DNA of 63,229 bases, counting the filler, from Octopus bimaculoides (taxonomy: Eukaryota): the NCBI RefSeq assembly GCF_001194135.2. It is 5 parts of 5 records of this genome, joined end to end, with 100 filler letters (N's around TTAATTAATTAA, not from the genome) between each part and the next. Parts side by side here need not be neighbours in the genome. Positions count along the whole stretch, not along the records: positions 58,643 to 63,229 come from NC_068981.1; 4 more parts are not named here. One strand, written 5' to 3'. Shown here one piece after another: positions 58,952 to 63,229 of this stretch; position 1 is the first letter of the stretch; each line of letters starts with the position of its first letter. A program made the position numbers and the translations under genes. The notes under the pieces are model-generated. The model was given only the letters and a program-made list of their open reading frames with translations. It ran no database searches and was not told the origin of the DNA.

Positions 58952-60314
58952 GTGCAGGAGGTGGTCAAACTCTGTTTAAGGAGTAGACAACCACCATATT
59001 TGTATGTATACATATATACATATACACACAAGCACACGCACACAGACTTATATATATATATATAATACAGAATGGGACAAGAACGCAAAACATCAAGACA
59101 GTTAGTTGATACAAGAAAGGGACAAAACATCCAGATGAACGATACAAAGAAAACACGGGCAGGTCATTCGGAGTTTTCTCTCTTCAGTCGAGATCCATAT
59201 TATCTTTGCAATTTCGGCTGGTTATTCTCGATATTGCTCCAATCTGGCCAGCTCCAAGGAAAAACTAAGCTAAGAGCATTAGATTCCTTGGAAGAAAGCA
59301 GCGAATGTATACAAAAACAAGGACGGAAATAGCAAATAAGTGACAAGGATGTCCAGGTATCAGTGCATTACGGCCATTTCAAGCGGCTCCATTTAATCGA
59401 TCAATGAAAACATTACATCAATTTGAAATAAACTGCTCTCCTCGGAAGCAGACGGCCATATAGATTTCCAGCATAATTTTTTTAGCAAATTTTTCAACAG
59501 TACTAGAGACCAAAATAATTACATTGCTTCTCTTTGAGGCAGCGACGTGTTTTCCCTGAAGTGACTTAACATATAAGGGGCTTATACTTAAATAAAAGGG
59601 GCCTAAAATGGAAAACAAAAGAGGTCACAATGAAATCTAAGCGTGAGAATTAAATGTACGGGAAAAGATGTGTATCCAAATTTAGCAAAATTTACATATT
59701 AAAATATTAAAATTTAGAAAAGGATTTAAAAGCCGAGTAATTGAAGAAGGATAGATAAATCAACCTAAGCCATAAAAGTGGGGTATTTTTATATATACGA
59801 GAAACATCATAATGCTTCTTCCTAGCATAATGCTTAGGTGGTCATGCTAAAACTATTCAACAATGAACCTATAATTAAATTCGGATATCATCCGAGTAGA
59901 CTACATGCTGCATTGAGTCTTTTAAATGTGACAAGGATAAAGATGAATGTAGCTATATGACCATTCCTCTTTCTCGACCCCTATTATTTTCTTATGCCAT
60001 TCTAAATTAAAGTAGGCTTTAAGTATTTTTCCCCTAAATTCATTATGCCACAAAAATAGCAAAGAGAAGCAATGTTATTATATTGGTCTCTAGTACTGAT
60101 GGAAAATTTGCTAAAAATTATAATGGTGTATCCTGTATGTTGGAAATCTATATGGTCATCTGCTCCGAGGATAGCAGTTTATTTCAAATTGATGTAATGT
60201 TTTCATTGATCTATTAAATGGAGCCGTTTGAAACTTGTTACTTATTTGCTTTTTATCCCGGACTGACTTTGTGCCTCAAATTAAGTACCTAATATATCAG
60301 AATCTTAATTATTT

Positions 60315-60355
<41 letters not shown>

Positions 60356-60675
60356 NNNNNNNNNNNNNNNNNNNNNNNNNNNNNNNNNNNNNNNNNNNNN
60401 NNNNNNNNNNNNNNNNNNNNNNNNNNNNNNNNNNNNNNNNNNNNNNNNNNNNNNNNNNNNNNNNNNNNNNNNNNNNNNNNNNNNNNNNNNNNNNNNNNNN
60501 NNNNNNNNNNNNNNNNNNNNNNNNNNNNNNNNNNNNNNNNNNNNNNNNNNNNNNNNNNNNNNNNNNNNNNNNNNNNNNNNNNNNNNNNNNNNNNNNNNNN
60601 NNNNNNNNNNNNNNNNNNNNNNNNNNNNNNNNNNNNNNNNNNNNNNNNNNNNNNNNNNNNNNNNNNNNNNNNNNN

Positions 60676-60717
<42 letters not shown>

Positions 60718-60829
60718 TTTTAGTTCGTTTTGCTATGTGGGCAGTGCCTGATGATTGTGCTAGGACACCAGACGTGTTAAAATATGCTGCTTGACTTCAT
60801 TTTCAAGTGTCTCATCCCTATAACTATAA

Positions 60830-60970
60830 TTCATTGGCAAAATCGTTAGAATATCATGGAAAATGCTTTACTGTATTTGTTCAGCTCCTCATGCTCTGAG
60901 TTCAAATCCAGTCAAAATCAAGTTTGGCCTTTCATCTTTTAGTGGCTAATGAAATAAAATACCTGCCGAC
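60830..60970 (+). mobile_element. SINE type A, decayed
   Basis: TGGCAAAATCGTTAGAATA...GCTCTGAGTTCAAATCCAGTC...GGCCTTTCATCTTT...AAATAAAATACC. Confidence 0.7.
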
Positions 60971-61203
60971 TTACACATTCGTTCCAAGTTTCAGTCGTCC
61001 CTCTACATATGTTAGACAAAGTATTATTGCTACACACACGAGTTATTATTGCTACACACACGAGTTATTATTGCTATATACACCAGTTATTGCACCTTAT
61101 TTAGTTCTCTGTTAATTGATTTGCGCAAAAGAAATATGTTTGAAAAATATCTGGGAGTGTGTGTATGTGTGTGTGAATGTATGTACATACTTGTGTGTGT
61201 GTG

Positions 61204-61249
<46 letters not shown>

Positions 61250-62105
61250 TACAGCCCACTCTCTCTTTACTTCCTCTTCGAATAATGAACCAGTTTTCTT
61301 TTCAAATAACATTATTTTTTATAATTACAATCATCCATTTTTCATTTCGCTATTCCAAACTAAGGAATTAATGTTATATTATATTCTGTTCAGGCGAAAA
61401 GCTAAATAATGTTTACTGTTTAGGGAAATGACTGGAATACTTGTAATATATTTTTTGAGTCACTTTTGCCAGTTTGTGTTTTGATACTATGCACGTAATG
61501 ACGCACGCTATTAAGAGTTGAAAGATCTAACTATTTCTGCATATTTTTCGTATTCTATTTCCTCATTGTAGTTTTGTTTCTTGACTACACTGAGGCTATT
61601 CCGCTTCTTTGTCTCAATACTCGCCTGTTTTTGCCGCACCTTTCCCTCGTAGTATATTTCCTTTGAAGATATGAACGCAACTGAAGTTAAAGATGTTATT
61701 TTAAGGTGCCGAAATTGACATGATCTCCAGATCGAGCGCTGATGAAGAGAACTTTCTGCTCATTCCTTCATGAATTTTCGTTCTTCGCTGTATCTATTTT
61801 TTTTTCCAATTTGGTCACTAACACATTCAGTATTTTGCTCATTTATATATGTAAGTATACAAAGTATATAGTAAGAAACATATATATATATATATATATA
61901 TACATATATATATACATACATATATATATANNNNNNNNNNNNNNNNNNNNNNNNNNNNNNNNNNNNNNNNNNNNNNNNNNNNNNNNNNNNNNNNNNNNNN
62001 NNNNNNNNNNNNNNNNNNNNNNNNNNNNNNNNNNNNNNNNNNNNNNNNNNNNNNNNNNNNNNNNNNNNNNNNNNNNNNNNNNNNNNNNNNNNNNNNNNNN
62101 NNNNN

Positions 62106-62141
<36 letters not shown>

Positions 62142-63139
62142 GTGTAACACACAGTAACATATGTTTTCAGTTAACCGCTTACTAACGTGCTAAATATATT
62201 CAAATCAACAATGTCTTATGCTATATATAGCACAATGTAAGCGATGGTACACAGCAAAACAAGTCAAGGCATAGACATAAAAATGATATAGTTATTTGTC
62301 TTCAAGGCATATACCACCTGCGTGTTTCCTTTAACAATGTTCATCAGCTCAGCAAAGTGACTGCATTAAATAATATCTTCCTTATATAGAAATGTTGATG
62401 TTCGAACAAAATGTGATTAATACAAACTTGAACCGAGAAGAAAACAAGACTGTCCGAAAGCCGTGCTTTCAAATATCTGCATATGTATATAAAACTTCAT
62501 AAAATAGACTTAACACAATGGAATTGAAAATTTAAAGGTAGGATAGAAGCTGTTATGAATAATAAATATTTCTCAAACAATATCGTGCTGTATTTCCGTG
62601 CAAATGTTTCCAAAAGTGTTGAAATCAACTGAGTAAGAGGCAATAAATATAATCTAAACAATAGATGTCAAAATTAAAATCAACATATATACATTGAAAT
62701 AAATATAGATTTATCTATCCAGATATACATACGTTTCACTAATATGCCCGTCAGTGACGCAGGAAAATCAGACTAAAAATTTACGCTTATGCACGCATCT
62801 AGTGGCTTTTTCTCAAAATAGATTATTGCAAAATGGAACTGAAACAAAAGTAAAATTTGCTCAAAGATCAGTTTCGTGTAATATATATTGTCCCTTTTTA
62901 AATGCTCCCAACATTTATTCTGGTTTCTAAGCTTTCACCTTCCTTTAGTGTCCCTTCTTGCATTTATTTTATTTATTTATTTATTTATTGTTATATATAC
63001 AATACCTAATTCCCTTTTCACTTGTTCAATGCTTTTGATGAAGGACTAAATCGGAAACGTTAATAGATTTTCTTTCCCGCGTGTAGCTATATGTTTAATA
63101 TATTCGCATGTTTCTATCTATCTATCTAAAGGTCTTAGT

Positions 63140-63161
63140 ATGCATGTATGTGTGTGTGCGT

Positions 63162-63229
<68 letters not shown>
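63140..63229. repeat. (TG)n microsatellite
   Basis: Seen directly. Confidence 0.97.

Noticed and set aside
61015-61075. 22-bp unit x3 (also 13770-13857 and 18500-18560) as CRISPR-like arrays
   Set aside because: Contiguous tandem repeats without unique spacers in eukaryotic DNA: ordinary slippage minisatellites.
61739-61775. CTGATGAAGAG as a hammerhead core
   Set aside because: No GAAA after a closable stem II.

Overview
AT-rich, microsatellite-dense animal genomic DNA from a gapped short-read-style assembly. The tRNA-derived SINE families look like octopus ones (taxon is an inference from repeat content). Four identical 100-bp pads (44 N + TTAATTAATTAA + 44 N) split the window into five joined scaffolds: 1-28644, 28745-36494, 36595-48320, 48421-58542 and 58643-63229. 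No host protein-coding gene is recognisable. The window is mostly mobile-element debris: five SINE types (labelled A-E here), several Penelope-like elements (PLEs, one near-complete with pseudo-LTRs and a nested Helitron), many R4/Dong-type restriction-like-endonuclease LINE 3' ends often next to (AAT)n, Gypsy, mariner and RTE fossils, and a U6 snRNA fragment. The best leads: (1) minimal type-I hammerhead ribozyme motifs, one inside a ~306-bp terminally redundant insertion resembling a retrozyme; (2) two ~35-bp-stem hairpins near 7.7-8.7 kb; (3) a U6-SINE junction; (4) an R4-type LINE with a 5' inversion; (5) a motif-dense housekeeping-type promoter at 36.7-37.3 kb; (6) an intact triple C2H2 finger frame that is probably an RTE C-terminus. 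All alignments and translations were done by eye, and no database searches were run.
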